A DNA stretch of 33,933 bases from contig CAZCUO010000049.1 in assembly GCA_964502135.1 (NCBI GenBank), positions 1-33,933 on the forward strand, read 5' to 3'. How positions within the stretch are numbered: position 1 is the first letter of the stretch; the number at the start of each line of letters is the position of its first letter. The DNA is from an uncultured bacterium (GTDB lineage: Bacteria; Ratteibacteria; UBA8468; B48-G9; JAFGKM01). Made by a program: the position numbers and the translations under genes. The notes beneath the pieces were generated by a model. It had not been told where the DNA came from. It saw only the letters and a list, made by a program, of their open reading frames with translations, and searched no databases. Shown here piece by piece: positions 7,788 to 17,210 of the stretch.

Positions 7788-9672
7788 CACTGTATAAATG
7801 AGAAGAACTCACAAAATAGATTCTACCATTAAGATATCCGGCGCCATTGGAAATATTTGGAACTTTAGCAATAGGGATAAATTTAAAATTTTCTCTATCA
7901 AATTTCGTTATCCAGTTTTTAAACAAAATGTATAACTCTTTTTCTGGTGTAAATACAAAAATTTTTGAACCTTGAGCATAAACACTTGAACCAAAATCTT
8001 TATCTGTATTACATTTAAAAATTATTTTTTTTGCTTCAGGGTCAAATACAAAAAAAATCTTTTGATCTGCAAATCCATAAACAAGTTGTCTTTCTTCATC
8101 ATAAAAAAGGTCATTATAATTTTCTACTTCTTCTAAAACAGGACTATGCCATATAATTTTCTTTGTATTAATATCCATTATATAAAGTTCTGCAAGATTT
8201 ACTTTTTTCTCTCCTCCTGTTCCCGGTGCGGTAGTTGTTCCACAAAGAATTTTATTATTTTTTAATTGAACAATACTCATTGTAGAGTGAAAAGGCAAAA
8301 TATCTGTATGCCTTATCAATGTTTTTACTTTTGTTTCTCTATCCCAGAAAAGTAATCCACCACCAGTATAACCATAAGCAGGGGTCCCAGCAAGAATTAA
8401 TATTTTCCCATTATTATAAGGCAATAAATCATGAGGTCTATTGATATCAGGAGAACTTTCTGTTATATATTTAGGATTTGAATTTTCATCATTCTTTGTA
8501 GTTCCTTTCCAAGGTAAAAATGGGTCATATTCGAGTAAAAAACCACCTGTATAACCACCAACAAAAACTTTTTTATCTGCGGTATCTATTGTATTCCACT
8601 GTCCATAACAAGGATATCTTGTCCAGTTATCTGTTTTGGGATCATATTTGAAAAAGTAAAAAGGGAAAGCAGTTCCACCACAGATTGTTCCATCAGGAGA
8701 AACTGTAATACCCATAATATGAGCACCTTCTGTTTTATAATCAAATTTTATTTTTAATTCTTCTTTTGTTTTTGGTTCTTCAATTATTAAAATTCTTTCA
8801 GTTAAATCTAAATCTTTTATTATTTTCCCATCAGGAAAAACCTTGTGAAATAGACCTTGACTACCTGAAATATATTTTTTTGATTTTATTTCTGAAGGAA
8901 GTGCACCAATTCTTCTTTTTTCTCCATTATAAAATTCATACCAATTATCCTTTTTCCCTGAACTTGGAACTCCATAAACCTTGCCATCTAGTGCACGAAA
9001 TAAAGAAGCACCTCCTTGTTCCCTTTCATTTTCTTCAAGCATATATTTTATTTGTTTTGTCTGAGGATTAAAAGCAATTATATTACTTCTTGTATAACCA
9101 ATCCCAACATAAACCCAATTTTTATCATCAACTGCAATATAACGAGGATATTGAGCCCAATTTTCTTTTTTCAATGGACCATAATCAAAAAATTCTTTAG
9201 TTTTAGGATTATAGCAAACCAACCCTGCGTCAGGATAAGTTACAGACCATATATTTCCATTATCATCTTCAGTCATACTCATTGCCATTTTAGGATATGT
9301 TTTTTTAAAAAATGTATAACTCTTTTTAACTGGATCAAATTCCACAAAATAACCTCCAAAATGAGAATAAAATCTGTTATTACTTGATAGGATTGAAGCA
9401 AATGGACTATCGCCTCCTGCATTAAATGGTATTTCAAATGTTTCACTTTCTTCAGTATCTACATTTATATAAAGAAGTCCATAACATCCTCTGTGGTCAT
9501 GGAGCCAAACACAAACAACATTCTGACCATTTTCTCCCTTTGTTGCAACAATTCCCCTGTGAGTGCTGAATGGAACTGCAACACCATGGTCAACCAAATT
9601 TTTTAACAATTCATCTGAATATAAATTTATGAACAAAACAGAAAACATCAATATTTTCATTAATTTTTTCAT
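7771..9672 (-). CDS. secreted hypothetical protein, probably beta-propeller-like repeat fold (633 aa)
   Basis: Has an N-terminal signal peptide MKKLMKILMFSVLFINLYS. Aromatic/Gly-rich repeat segments recur (..DGKVYGV.., ..PDGTICGG.., ..NGRIYFV..). I recognise no catalytic motif. Confidence 0.6.
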   Translation of the reverse strand: MKKLMKILMFSVLFINLYSDELLKNLVDHGVAVPFSTHRGIVATKGENGQNVVCVWLHDHRGCYGLLYINVDTEESETFEIPFNAGGDSPFASILSSNNRFYSHFGGYFVEFDPVKKSYTFFKKTYPKMAMSMTEDDNGNIWSVTYPDAGLVCYNPKTKEFFDYGPLKKENWAQYPRYIAVDDKNWVYVGIGYTRSNIIAFNPQTKQIKYMLEENEREQGGASLFRALDGKVYGVPSSGKKDNWYEFYNGEKRRIGALPSEIKSKKYISGSQGLFHKVFPDGKIIKDLDLTERILIIEEPKTKEELKIKFDYKTEGAHIMGITVSPDGTICGGTAFPFYFFKYDPKTDNWTRYPCYGQWNTIDTADKKVFVGGYTGGFLLEYDPFLPWKGTTKNDENSNPKYITESSPDINRPHDLLPYNNGKILILAGTPAYGYTGGGLLFWDRETKVKTLIRHTDILPFHSTMSIVQLKNNKILCGTTTAPGTGGEKKVNLAELYIMDINTKKIIWHSPVLEEVENYNDLFYDEERQLVYGFADQKIFFVFDPEAKKIIFKCNTDKDFGSSVYAQGSKIFVFTPEKELYILFKNWITKFDRENFKFIPIAKVPNISNGAGYLNGRIYFVSSSHLYSVTIPK

Positions 9673-9884
9673 TTTTCTTTTTTTTCAAAAATTCCTTATG
9701 TTATATAATAACATCTTATGCCAGAAATCACAAACTTTTATAATGTAAAAATAATACATTTAAACATATTGCTTGTCTCCAAATTCACAAAAAAGATGGC
9801 AAAACAATTTTTAAATGGTAAAATGTTCTTTGATATATTGAATTTTAAAAAGCAGAAAATACTTATAAAAAGCAAAATTTAATA

Positions 9885-9913
9885 TTGACTTCTTATATTT
9901 TATACTTTAAAAT
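9885..9913 (+). promoter_or_regulatory. putative promoter (TTGACT-17 nt-TAAAAT) for the long plus-strand gene array
   Basis: -35 TTGACT at 9885-9890, 17-nt spacer, -10 TAAAAT at 9908-9913. It is followed by an SD (aaggag) and the ATG at 9936, and sits in a 263-nt divergent intergenic region. Confidence 0.4.
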
Positions 9914-9935
9914 TACCTTTTAAAAAGGAGAAAAA

Positions 9936-10787
9936 ATGATTGATTATCATGTTCATATTGGGAAAATCTTTTATGGAAGAAAACCACTTACTCCAAAAAG
10001 ATTAATAAAGAAAATGGATGAAATAGGTATTGAAAAAGCGGTCATTTTGCCAATTGAAAATCCAGAAGAGACACATTGGTATAATACAAGTGATAATGTT
10101 TTAAAAGTTTGTAAAAGATATAAAGATAGATTAATTCCATTTTGCAATGTAGACCCAAGGAGAGGAACAAATAGTGAAAATGAAAAATTTATTTTTAATT
10201 TAATTGAAGAATATGTTAAAAAGGGAGCAAAAGGTTTTGGAGAAATTCTTGCAAATTTAAAATTCAATGATAAAAGGATGAAAAATATTTATAAAGCATG
10301 TGGAGAACTAAAAATTTCAATAGTTTTTCACCTTGGAGGAGTTCCTGAAATGTCAACTATTGGCTTAACGGATGAGATTGGACTTCCATATATTGAAGAA
10401 GTTTTAAATGAATTCCCAAATACAATTTTTGTTGCTCATGGTCCTGGCTGGTGGGCAGAAATTTCAGGAAATGTGACACCAGAAGAGAGAAATACATACC
10501 CAAAAGGGAAAATTGAAAAAGAGGGGAAAGTCCAGTATTTACTTTCAAATTATTCAAATATTTATGCTGACCTTTCAGCAGGGAGTGCTTATAATGCTTT
10601 AACAAGAGATCCTGAATATGGGATTGAATTTTTAAATAGATTTTTCAACAAACTTTTATTTGCCACAGATTATTTATATCCGGAACAAGAACTTCCGATA
10701 GTTGATTATATGAAAAATGTAAATATATCAGAAGAGAAGAAAAAAATGATTTTTTACGAAAACGCAAAAAAACTTTTAAATATTTAA
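9936..10787 (+). CDS. metal-dependent amidohydrolase-fold (TIM-barrel, PF04909-like) hydrolase, paralogue 1
   Basis: 283 aa. N-terminal HxH (DYHVHIG), VFHLGG, VAHGPGWWAEI, ADLSAGSAYNALTRD and a terminal Asp in FATDY. Clearly paralogous to 11634-12512. Confidence 0.7.
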   Translation: MIDYHVHIGKIFYGRKPLTPKRLIKKMDEIGIEKAVILPIENPEETHWYNTSDNVLKVCKRYKDRLIPFCNVDPRRGTNSENEKFIFNLIEEYVKKGAKGFGEILANLKFNDKRMKNIYKACGELKISIVFHLGGVPEMSTIGLTDEIGLPYIEEVLNEFPNTIFVAHGPGWWAEISGNVTPEERNTYPKGKIEKEGKVQYLLSNYSNIYADLSAGSAYNALTRDPEYGIEFLNRFFNKLLFATDYLYPEQELPIVDYMKNVNISEEKKKMIFYENAKKLLNI

Positions 10788-10793
10788 AAAATT

Positions 10794-11621
10794 ATGGAAA
10801 TAAGAAACTTTAAAATTTTCATTCTTAATAATAACGAAGAACTTGGCAAAAAAGCAGCAGAAGATGTAGGAGAAATCCTTGAAGAATATACAAATAAATT
10901 GAATAAAAAATGTATATGTATTTTTGCTGCTGCACCATCTCAAGATACATTTCTTAAAAATCTATCAAAAAATAAAACTATTAAATGGAAAAATGTTTAT
11001 GCATTTCATCTTGATGAATACATTGATTTACCTAAAGGGCATCCAAATACTTTTGCAGAATATTTAAGAACTCATATTTTTGATAAAATTGAAATACCCA
11101 AGGAAAACATTTTTTATATAAAAGATGCTGGAAAAAATGAAGAGGAAATGATTAGAAATTATGAAAAAGTTTTTGTTGAAAAATATAAAGAAGTAAAAAA
11201 AGATGGAGGGATTTATCTTGCTTTTATTGGAATTGGAGTTAATGGCCATATTGCTTTTAATGAACCAGGAACTGACTTATGGAATAAAGAAATAATTACA
11301 AAAGTTATAATAGACGAAATTTCAGTTAAACAACAGTTTGATGATTATAAAAATCATCCTAACCCAGAAGCAAGATATAAAAGTTTAGAAGATGTTCCAA
11401 GAAATGCTTTAACTATGACTGTTTCTGCAATTTTACTTGCTGATAAAATTTTCTGTATGGTTCCTGGGGAACAAAAAGCAGATGCAGTAAAAAAGGTAGT
11501 TGAAGGAGAAATATCGGAAAAAGTTCCTGCTTCATTTTTAAGATTTCATAGTGATGTTAATCTTTATCTTGACAAGAACTCTTCTTCAAAATTAAATAAA
11601 AAACCAGAATGTAAAATTTAA
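10794..11621 (+). CDS. glucosamine-6-phosphate deaminase/isomerase family protein (NagB-like)
   Basis: 275 aa. Motifs: FAAAPSQ, FHLDEYIDLP..HPNTFAEYL, IGIGVNGHIAFNEPG, and the ALTMT region typical of the NagB / 6-phosphogluconolactonase fold. Confidence 0.75.
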   Translation: MEIRNFKIFILNNNEELGKKAAEDVGEILEEYTNKLNKKCICIFAAAPSQDTFLKNLSKNKTIKWKNVYAFHLDEYIDLPKGHPNTFAEYLRTHIFDKIEIPKENIFYIKDAGKNEEEMIRNYEKVFVEKYKEVKKDGGIYLAFIGIGVNGHIAFNEPGTDLWNKEIITKVIIDEISVKQQFDDYKNHPNPEARYKSLEDVPRNALTMTVSAILLADKIFCMVPGEQKADAVKKVVEGEISEKVPASFLRFHSDVNLYLDKNSSSKLNKKPECKI

Positions 11622-11633
11622 AAGGGAGGACAA

Positions 11634-12512
11634 ATGTTTATAGATATTCATGTTCACGCAAGGAAAAAGCCAATTATGTGGAGGGGAAACTATTATTATA
11701 CATCTCCAGAAAAGTTAATTGAAATATATGATAAAATAGGTGTAGAAAAGGCAGTATTACTTCCGGGAGTTAATCCAGAATGTTCTAAACAGGTTGGTTC
11801 TACTCATGAAATGCTTGAAATATGCGAAATGTATCCAGGAAGATTTATACCTTTCTGTAATATTGACCCAAGAGCAGTTGAAAATTCTCCTACTGCACCA
11901 ATTGATGAATTATTATTTATTTATAAGGAACTGGGATGTAAAGGAATTGGAGAGGTCTGTGCAAATTTACCCTTTACTCATCCATTATATTTAAACTTTT
12001 TTAAATGTGTTGAAAAAGTTGGATTTCCTTTAACTTTCCACATTGCTCCTCAGATTGGAAATTTTTATGGAATTTATGATGAACCTGGACTTCCTGGTCT
12101 TGAATATTGCCTTAACCGTTTCCCAAATCTTATATTTATTGGACATTCTCAACCATTCTGGGCTGAAATTGCTGAACTTGAAAAGCCATATGATAGATAT
12201 GGTTATCCAAATTATCCAGTAAAAAAAGAAGGAGTTGTACCAAAACTTATGAGAAAATATAAAAACTTATATGGAGATTTATCAGCAGGTAGTGGATATA
12301 ATGCACTTGCAAGAGATTTAAATTATGCAGTTGATTTTTTAAATGAATTTTGTGATAGATTACTTTTTGGAACAGATATATGTGCACCAACGACTCCTAC
12401 TCCTCTTGTGGATTTACTATTAAGATTAAAAGAAGAAGGCAAAATAAGTGAAACTGTATTTAATAAAATAGCCAGAGAAAATGCAATAAAACTTTTAAAA
12501 CTGGAGGAATAA
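11634..12512 (+). CDS. metal-dependent amidohydrolase-fold (PF04909-like) hydrolase, paralogue 2
   Basis: 292 aa with an SD (agggagg). Motifs: DIHVHA, TFHIAP, IGHSQPFWAEI, GDLSAGSGYNALARD, FGTDI. Collinear with 9936-10787. Confidence 0.7.
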   Translation: MFIDIHVHARKKPIMWRGNYYYTSPEKLIEIYDKIGVEKAVLLPGVNPECSKQVGSTHEMLEICEMYPGRFIPFCNIDPRAVENSPTAPIDELLFIYKELGCKGIGEVCANLPFTHPLYLNFFKCVEKVGFPLTFHIAPQIGNFYGIYDEPGLPGLEYCLNRFPNLIFIGHSQPFWAEIAELEKPYDRYGYPNYPVKKEGVVPKLMRKYKNLYGDLSAGSGYNALARDLNYAVDFLNEFCDRLLFGTDICAPTTPTPLVDLLLRLKEEGKISETVFNKIARENAIKLLKLEE

Positions 12513-13832
12513 ATGAGTAAACTTGCAATTCTTGGAGGTGAGAAAGCAATAAAAAATGATTACACTGAATGTTTTAGATGGCCAATTATAACAAAAGAAA
12601 TGGAAGAAAAAGTTCTTGAAGTTTTGAGAAAAGGAGCAATGTCTGGAACTGATTTAACTGAGGAATTTGAAAAAGAATATGCCACCTTATATGGAATGAA
12701 ATATGCTTTATGCCACAATAATGGAACTTCTGCAATTCATTCTGCTTTATTTGGTTTAAAAATAGGAAAAGGTGATGAAGTAATTTGTCCATCAATGACT
12801 TATTGGGCTTCGTGTTTACCAGTACTTTCTCTTGGAGGAACTGTTGTTTTTGCAGATATAGATGAGGAGAGTTTATGTATAGACCCTAATGATATTGAGA
12901 GACATATTACAGAAAAAACCAAGTGTATAATTGTTGTTCATTATGCTGGATATCCCGCTGATATGGATAGAATAATTCCAATAGCACGAAAATATAATTT
13001 AAAAATACTTGAAGATTGTTCTCATTCGCATTGGTGTTTTTATAAAGGGAAATTGACAGGAACTTTTGGAGATGTTTCTGCTTTTTCTTTAATGAGTGGA
13101 AAATCATTTCCAATTGGTGAAGGTGGAATTATGCTAACAAATGACCTTGAAATATATGAAAGAGCAATTATATTTGGCCATTATGAAAGGCATTCAAATA
13201 TAACAATAGATTATTTAAAAAATGGTATAGGTGTTCCATGGGGTGGTTATAAATATAGAATGCATCAACTTTCTTCTGCTGTAGGTATTGTTTTTATAAA
13301 AATCTTTAAAGAAATATTTGAAGAGATTGATAGAGCAATGAACTATTTTTGCGATTTACTTGACACATTACCGGGCATAAAAACACATAGACCTCCAAAA
13401 AATTCAGGCCTTACAAAAGGTGGGTGGTACGCACCTTTTGCACATTATAAAAAGGAACAATTGAATGGACTATCAATAACAAGATTCTGCGAAGCATTAA
13501 GAGCAGAAGGAGTTTACACACATCCTGGTTGTAACAAACCATTACATTTGCATCCTGTCTTTCATAATATAGATATTTATAACGATGGAAAACCAACTGT
13601 AATAAGAAATTCGGAAAGAGATATTAGGACAAAAATTGGCTCTTTGCCAATTTCTGAAAATATAGGGAAAAGAGTATTTAGTATTCCAAGATTTGTAAAA
13701 TTTGATAAAAATGTAATAGAGGAATATTTCAGTGCATTTGAAAAAGTTGTTAAAAACCATAAAGAGTTATTAAAAGATGACCCTGGGGACCCACCAACAA
13801 TTGGGAACTGGGGATTAACATTTAGAATTTAA
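12513..13832 (+). CDS. DegT/DnrJ/EryC1/StrS-family PLP-dependent (amino)sugar aminotransferase, long form (439 aa)
   Basis: Motifs: LAILGGEKAI, NGTSAIHSALFGL..GDEVI.PS.TY, VVHYAGYPADMD, and the PLP-lysine context FSLMSGKSFPIGEGGIM. The start directly abuts the upstream stop. Confidence 0.75.
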   Translation: MSKLAILGGEKAIKNDYTECFRWPIITKEMEEKVLEVLRKGAMSGTDLTEEFEKEYATLYGMKYALCHNNGTSAIHSALFGLKIGKGDEVICPSMTYWASCLPVLSLGGTVVFADIDEESLCIDPNDIERHITEKTKCIIVVHYAGYPADMDRIIPIARKYNLKILEDCSHSHWCFYKGKLTGTFGDVSAFSLMSGKSFPIGEGGIMLTNDLEIYERAIIFGHYERHSNITIDYLKNGIGVPWGGYKYRMHQLSSAVGIVFIKIFKEIFEEIDRAMNYFCDLLDTLPGIKTHRPPKNSGLTKGGWYAPFAHYKKEQLNGLSITRFCEALRAEGVYTHPGCNKPLHLHPVFHNIDIYNDGKPTVIRNSERDIRTKIGSLPISENIGKRVFSIPRFVKFDKNVIEEYFSAFEKVVKNHKELLKDDPGDPPTIGNWGLTFRI

Positions 13833-13845
13833 AAAGGAGTAAATT

Positions 13846-15084
13846 ATGGAAAAACTTGTAATTGATGGCGGAAAACCAGTAAGAAAAAAACCATTCCCAT
13901 CAAGAATTATGTTTGACTCAAGAGAAGTAAAAATAATAAATGAAATGATGAAAAACGCGACAAAAGAAAATACAGCAAAATATCTTGACAGATATAGTGG
14001 AACCCAAGTTGATACATATGAGAAAGAATTTGCAAAATTTTTTGGAACAAAATTTGCTACAGCAGTTAGTTCAGGCACTGCTGCTATTCATTCTGCAATT
14101 GCTGCGTGTGATTTTGAACCGGGTGATAGAGTAATAACAACACCAATAACTGACCCTGGAACTGTCATGCCAATTCTATTTCAAGGACTTATTCCTGTAT
14201 TTGCTGATGTTGATTTTGATACACTAAATTTAACTGCAAAAACAATAGAAGAAAAAATTGACAAAAAAACAAAATGTATCATTGTTGTTCATCTTGCAGG
14301 AGTTCCATGCGAAATGGACAAAATTATGGAAATTGCAAAAAAATATAATCTAAAAGTAATTGAAGATTGTGCTCAGAGTCATGCTTCACTTTATAATGGG
14401 AAATATGTGGGAACATTTGGAGATATGGGAGTTTTCAGTTTAATGAGTGGAAAACATATGACAAGTGGTGGTCAAGGTGGTATGGTTATAACTAATAATG
14501 AAGAGTATTACTGGAAGGCAAAAAGATTTGCTGATAGGGGGAAACCATTTGGAATAGAAAATCCAAAAGGAAATGTTTCTCTCGGATTAAATTACAGAAT
14601 GACAGAAATAGAAGCAGCCATAGGAAGAGTTCAATTAAAGAAAATTAAGAAAATTGCTAAAAAGAGATACAAAATTGTTGAGGAATTAAGAAAGGGTTTT
14701 GAAAATTTAAAGGCATTCTCTTTATGGAAAAGACCTGAAAATTCACAACCAAATTATTGGTTTTGTTTTATAAGGGTATATGAAGAAAAATTAAAATATG
14801 ATAAATTTAAAATTGCAGAAATTTTATCAAAAGAAGGATTACCAGTTGGTGCTCATTATGTTATTCCAATGTATGAAAATCCATTTATAAAAGAGAAAAA
14901 AACATTTGGAACTTCTGGATATCCATATAATCCATATGCACCAGATATTGAATATAAATGCCCTATAGCAGAAAAAGCACTTAATTTGCATATTACACTT
15001 TACTTTAATGAAAACTGGGGCAAAAAAGAAGTTGAAGATACAATAAAAATATTTGAAAAAGTAGAAAAATTCTGTCTAAGATAA
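13846..15084 (+). CDS. DegT/DnrJ/EryC1/StrS-family PLP-dependent aminotransferase (412 aa)
   Basis: SD (aaggag) upstream. Motifs: SSGTAAIHSAIAA..GDRVIT.P, VVHLAGVPCEMD, EDCAQSH, and the PLP-lysine context FSLMSGKHMTSGGQGGMV. Confidence 0.75.
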   Translation: MEKLVIDGGKPVRKKPFPSRIMFDSREVKIINEMMKNATKENTAKYLDRYSGTQVDTYEKEFAKFFGTKFATAVSSGTAAIHSAIAACDFEPGDRVITTPITDPGTVMPILFQGLIPVFADVDFDTLNLTAKTIEEKIDKKTKCIIVVHLAGVPCEMDKIMEIAKKYNLKVIEDCAQSHASLYNGKYVGTFGDMGVFSLMSGKHMTSGGQGGMVITNNEEYYWKAKRFADRGKPFGIENPKGNVSLGLNYRMTEIEAAIGRVQLKKIKKIAKKRYKIVEELRKGFENLKAFSLWKRPENSQPNYWFCFIRVYEEKLKYDKFKIAEILSKEGLPVGAHYVIPMYENPFIKEKKTFGTSGYPYNPYAPDIEYKCPIAEKALNLHITLYFNENWGKKEVEDTIKIFEKVEKFCLR

Positions 15085-15094
15085 CCCCAAAAAC

Positions 15095-15154
15095 CATTGA
15101 CTATCAACCTTCTCCAATTCCCACCTCTAAGGTGGGAGTGGCGGTGGAAGTGGC
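15095..15154 (+). repeat. GC-rich palindromic intergenic element, copy B (core hairpin CCCACCT-cta-AGGTGGG at 15120-15136)
   Basis: cattgactatcaaccttctccaattCCCACCTctaAGGTGGGagtggcggtggaagtggc. It shares the same leader (cattgNctatcaacc), the same 7-bp stem and the same C-arm/G-arm polarity as copy A. It lies in the only large gap (117 nt) of an otherwise tightly packed gene array. Confidence 0.7.
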
Positions 15155-15168
15155 AATTTTGTTTGATA

Positions 15169-15177
15169 TGTGATAAT
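15169..15177 (+). promoter_or_regulatory. possible extended -10 promoter element (TGTGATAAT) upstream of the hydrolase/ABC genes
   Basis: A TGnGATAAT-type extended -10 lies 25 nt upstream of the ATG at 15202. An SD (aggag) is present at 15191-15195. Confidence 0.3.
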
Positions 15178-15201
15178 ATTATTTTTAAAAAGGAGACAGG
15201 T

Positions 15202-16248
15202 ATGCCAAATAGAATAGATGCTTTACAAATAACAGATAATTTTATTGAGAAATGGGCAAAAAATATGAAACCAGAACTTGAATTTAACTGTAAAACGAAA
15301 GAAGAATTTTATGAGTGGAAAGAGAAACTTATAAATAAAATTAAAGAATTACTTGGACAATTTCCTGAAGCTGCTGATTTGAAACCTGAAAAATTATCTG
15401 AAGAAGAAAAAGAAAATTATATACGAGAAAAATGGGTAATACAGACAGAAAAAGACTGTTTTATGCCTTTATACATTTTAATCCCAAAAGGGAACAAAAA
15501 GAAATATCCAGCAATACTTTGTTGTCATGGTCATGGTCCCTATGGAAAAGACCCTGTTGCAGGAGTTCATAATAATAATCCTGATATAATAAATAATATT
15601 AAACTTAATAATTATAACTATGGAGAACAAATGGCAGAAAGAGGATATGTTACAATAGTCCCTGACTGGAGGAGTTTTGGAGAAAGAATTGGTTACCATA
15701 ATATCTATGCTCCCAGAGATATATGTAACATTCATTTCTTACAACATTTAATACTTGGAAGAACACTTCTTGGTGCTAATATTTTTGATGGAATGAGAGC
15801 AATTGATTTTTTATTAACAAGAGATTATGTTGACAAAGAAAAAATTGGTTGTATGGGACTTTCTTTTGGAGGAACAATGACAACATATTTAACACTACTT
15901 GATGATAGAATTAAAGCAGCAGATATAATATGTTATGCAACAACCACTTTACATTATGCAATAGAAAGACCAAATTTCTGCGGAAGTCAAATAGTTCCAT
16001 ATCTTTATAAATATGCTGATGTTGGAGATGTTATAGCAGCAATATGTCCAAAACCACTTTTAATTGAATCAGGAGTAAATGATACATGTTTCTGGTTTCA
16101 TTCAGCAAAAAAGGCACACCAAAAGATTAAAAAGGCATATGAAGTTGCTGGAGTAAGTGAAAATTTATGGATTGAAATATTTGAAGGAGGACATTCTTTT
16201 TCAGGAAAACTCGCATTTAAATTTTTTGACAAATATTTAAAGAGATGA
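15202..16248 (+). CDS. alpha/beta-fold hydrolase (esterase / dienelactone-hydrolase-like)
   Basis: I moved the start to the ATG at 15202 (MPNRIDAL), which has an SD (aggag) 7 nt upstream. The track start at 15097 is a TTG that reads through the GC-rich repeat. Nucleophile elbow GLSFGG, a CCHGHGPYG segment and a C-terminal GGHSF (His of the triad). Confidence 0.65.
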   Translation: MPNRIDALQITDNFIEKWAKNMKPELEFNCKTKEEFYEWKEKLINKIKELLGQFPEAADLKPEKLSEEEKENYIREKWVIQTEKDCFMPLYILIPKGNKKKYPAILCCHGHGPYGKDPVAGVHNNNPDIINNIKLNNYNYGEQMAERGYVTIVPDWRSFGERIGYHNIYAPRDICNIHFLQHLILGRTLLGANIFDGMRAIDFLLTRDYVDKEKIGCMGLSFGGTMTTYLTLLDDRIKAADIICYATTTLHYAIERPNFCGSQIVPYLYKYADVGDVIAAICPKPLLIESGVNDTCFWFHSAKKAHQKIKKAYEVAGVSENLWIEIFEGGHSFSGKLAFKFFDKYLKR

Positions 16249-17210
16249 AAAGATATATTCTAAAAAGATTAATACAATTTATCCCATTAATTTTTGGCAT
16301 GACATTTATTTCTTTTATAATTATTCAAATGGCTCCTGGAGATTACTTTACTCAATTAAAAATGAATCCAGAAATATCACCTGAAACAATAGAAAATATG
16401 AGAAAAACTTTTGGTCTTGATAAACCAGTAATAATTCAATATTTCTACTGGCTTAAAAATGTTTTTACTTTTAATTTAGGAGAATCATTTTCATATCATG
16501 TACCTGTATCTTATTTAATAAAAATTCGGTTAAAAAATACACTATCTCTATCAATTTTTTCTATTTTTTTAACATGGATAATCGCAATCCCTCTTGGAAT
16601 TTTTGCTGGGATAAAAGAAAATAGTTGGATTGAAAAATTATTATCATTTTTTGCCTATATTGGAATTTCAATCCCTTCGTTTTTTATTGCAATGCTTTTT
16701 ATATTTTTTATCTCAAAGACAGCAATTTTGCCTCTCGGAGGAACAAGGTCTATATTTTATGAAAATGCGACATCTATTGAAAAATTTATTGATTATTTAA
16801 AACATTTACTTGTTCCTGGTCTTATTTTAACAATTTCAGGCATTGGGTCTCTTTATAGATTAATGAAAAACAATTTTATTGAAGTTCTTAATTCACCTTA
16901 TATTTTTACTGCTTATTCAAAAGGAATACCCACTTATAAAATTTATTTTAAACATGCTTTAAGGAATGCAATAAACCCGATGATAACAATTTTTGGATAT
17001 GAATTATCAGGAATTTTAAGTGGTGCAGGTCTTGTTGAAATTATAACTGGATGGCCTGGGATGGGAAGATTAATTCTTGAAGGTGTTTTATCTTTTGATT
17101 TATATCTTGTTATGGCTTCTCTACTAATAGGTGGAATTTTACTTATTCTTGGTAATCTATTTTCTGATATTCTACTTGCTTTAGTTGATCCAAGGGTGAA
17201 ATTAAGATGA
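16245..17210 (+). CDS. ABC transporter permease, DppB/OppB family
   Basis: 321 aa. N-terminal YILKRLIQFIPLIFGMTFISFIIIQMAPGD and multiple TM segments. ATGA overlap with the upstream gene. Confidence 0.85.
   Translation: MKRYILKRLIQFIPLIFGMTFISFIIIQMAPGDYFTQLKMNPEISPETIENMRKTFGLDKPVIIQYFYWLKNVFTFNLGESFSYHVPVSYLIKIRLKNTLSLSIFSIFLTWIIAIPLGIFAGIKENSWIEKLLSFFAYIGISIPSFFIAMLFIFFISKTAILPLGGTRSIFYENATSIEKFIDYLKHLLVPGLILTISGIGSLYRLMKNNFIEVLNSPYIFTAYSKGIPTYKIYFKHALRNAINPMITIFGYELSGILSGAGLVEIITGWPGMGRLILEGVLSFDLYLVMASLLIGGILLILGNLFSDILLALVDPRVKLR

Noticed and set aside
7771-9672. The 633-aa secreted protein as the missing family-5 solute-binding protein of the Dpp/Opp transporter.
   Set aside because: Its sequence has no resemblance to the SBP family-5 pattern. 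It looks like a repeat or propeller protein and is on the opposite strand. It is retained only as a speculative functional partner.
9742-9760. An inverted repeat AATGTA-N7-TACATT as a possible operator in the 263-nt divergent region.
   Set aside because: A 6-bp AT-rich inverted repeat is expected by chance in this composition. There is no second copy or adjacent regulator gene to support it.
9796-9882. A 28-codon ORF (MAKQFLNGKMFFDILNFKKQKILIKSKI) in the divergent intergenic region.
   Set aside because: It has no SD, a low-complexity AT-driven sequence, and overlaps the predicted promoter region. Nothing distinguishes it from chance.
327-13760. Many short antisense or alternate-frame ORFs in the supplied track. 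Examples: 327-512, 850-1062, 938-1192, 3053-3259, 6182-6556, 8766-9071, 9016-9387, 9971-10267, 10357-10605, 11064-11249, 11794-11994, 12586-12795, 12907-13113, 13411-13596, 13542-13760.
   Set aside because: Each lies entirely within a longer ORF that has clear family motifs. Their translations are low-complexity F/L/I/K-rich strings, as expected for the wrong frames of AT-rich DNA. None has an SD.
15097-15201. Upstream-extended start codons used by the ORF track: 15097, 26284, 18256, 28693, 30815, 31501, 27393, 3600.
   Set aside because: Most are TTG codons or read through the GC-rich repeat. Downstream ATG or TTG codons give canonical family N-termini, SD spacing or ATGA coupling. 26284 is kept only as an alternative hypothesis in a finding.
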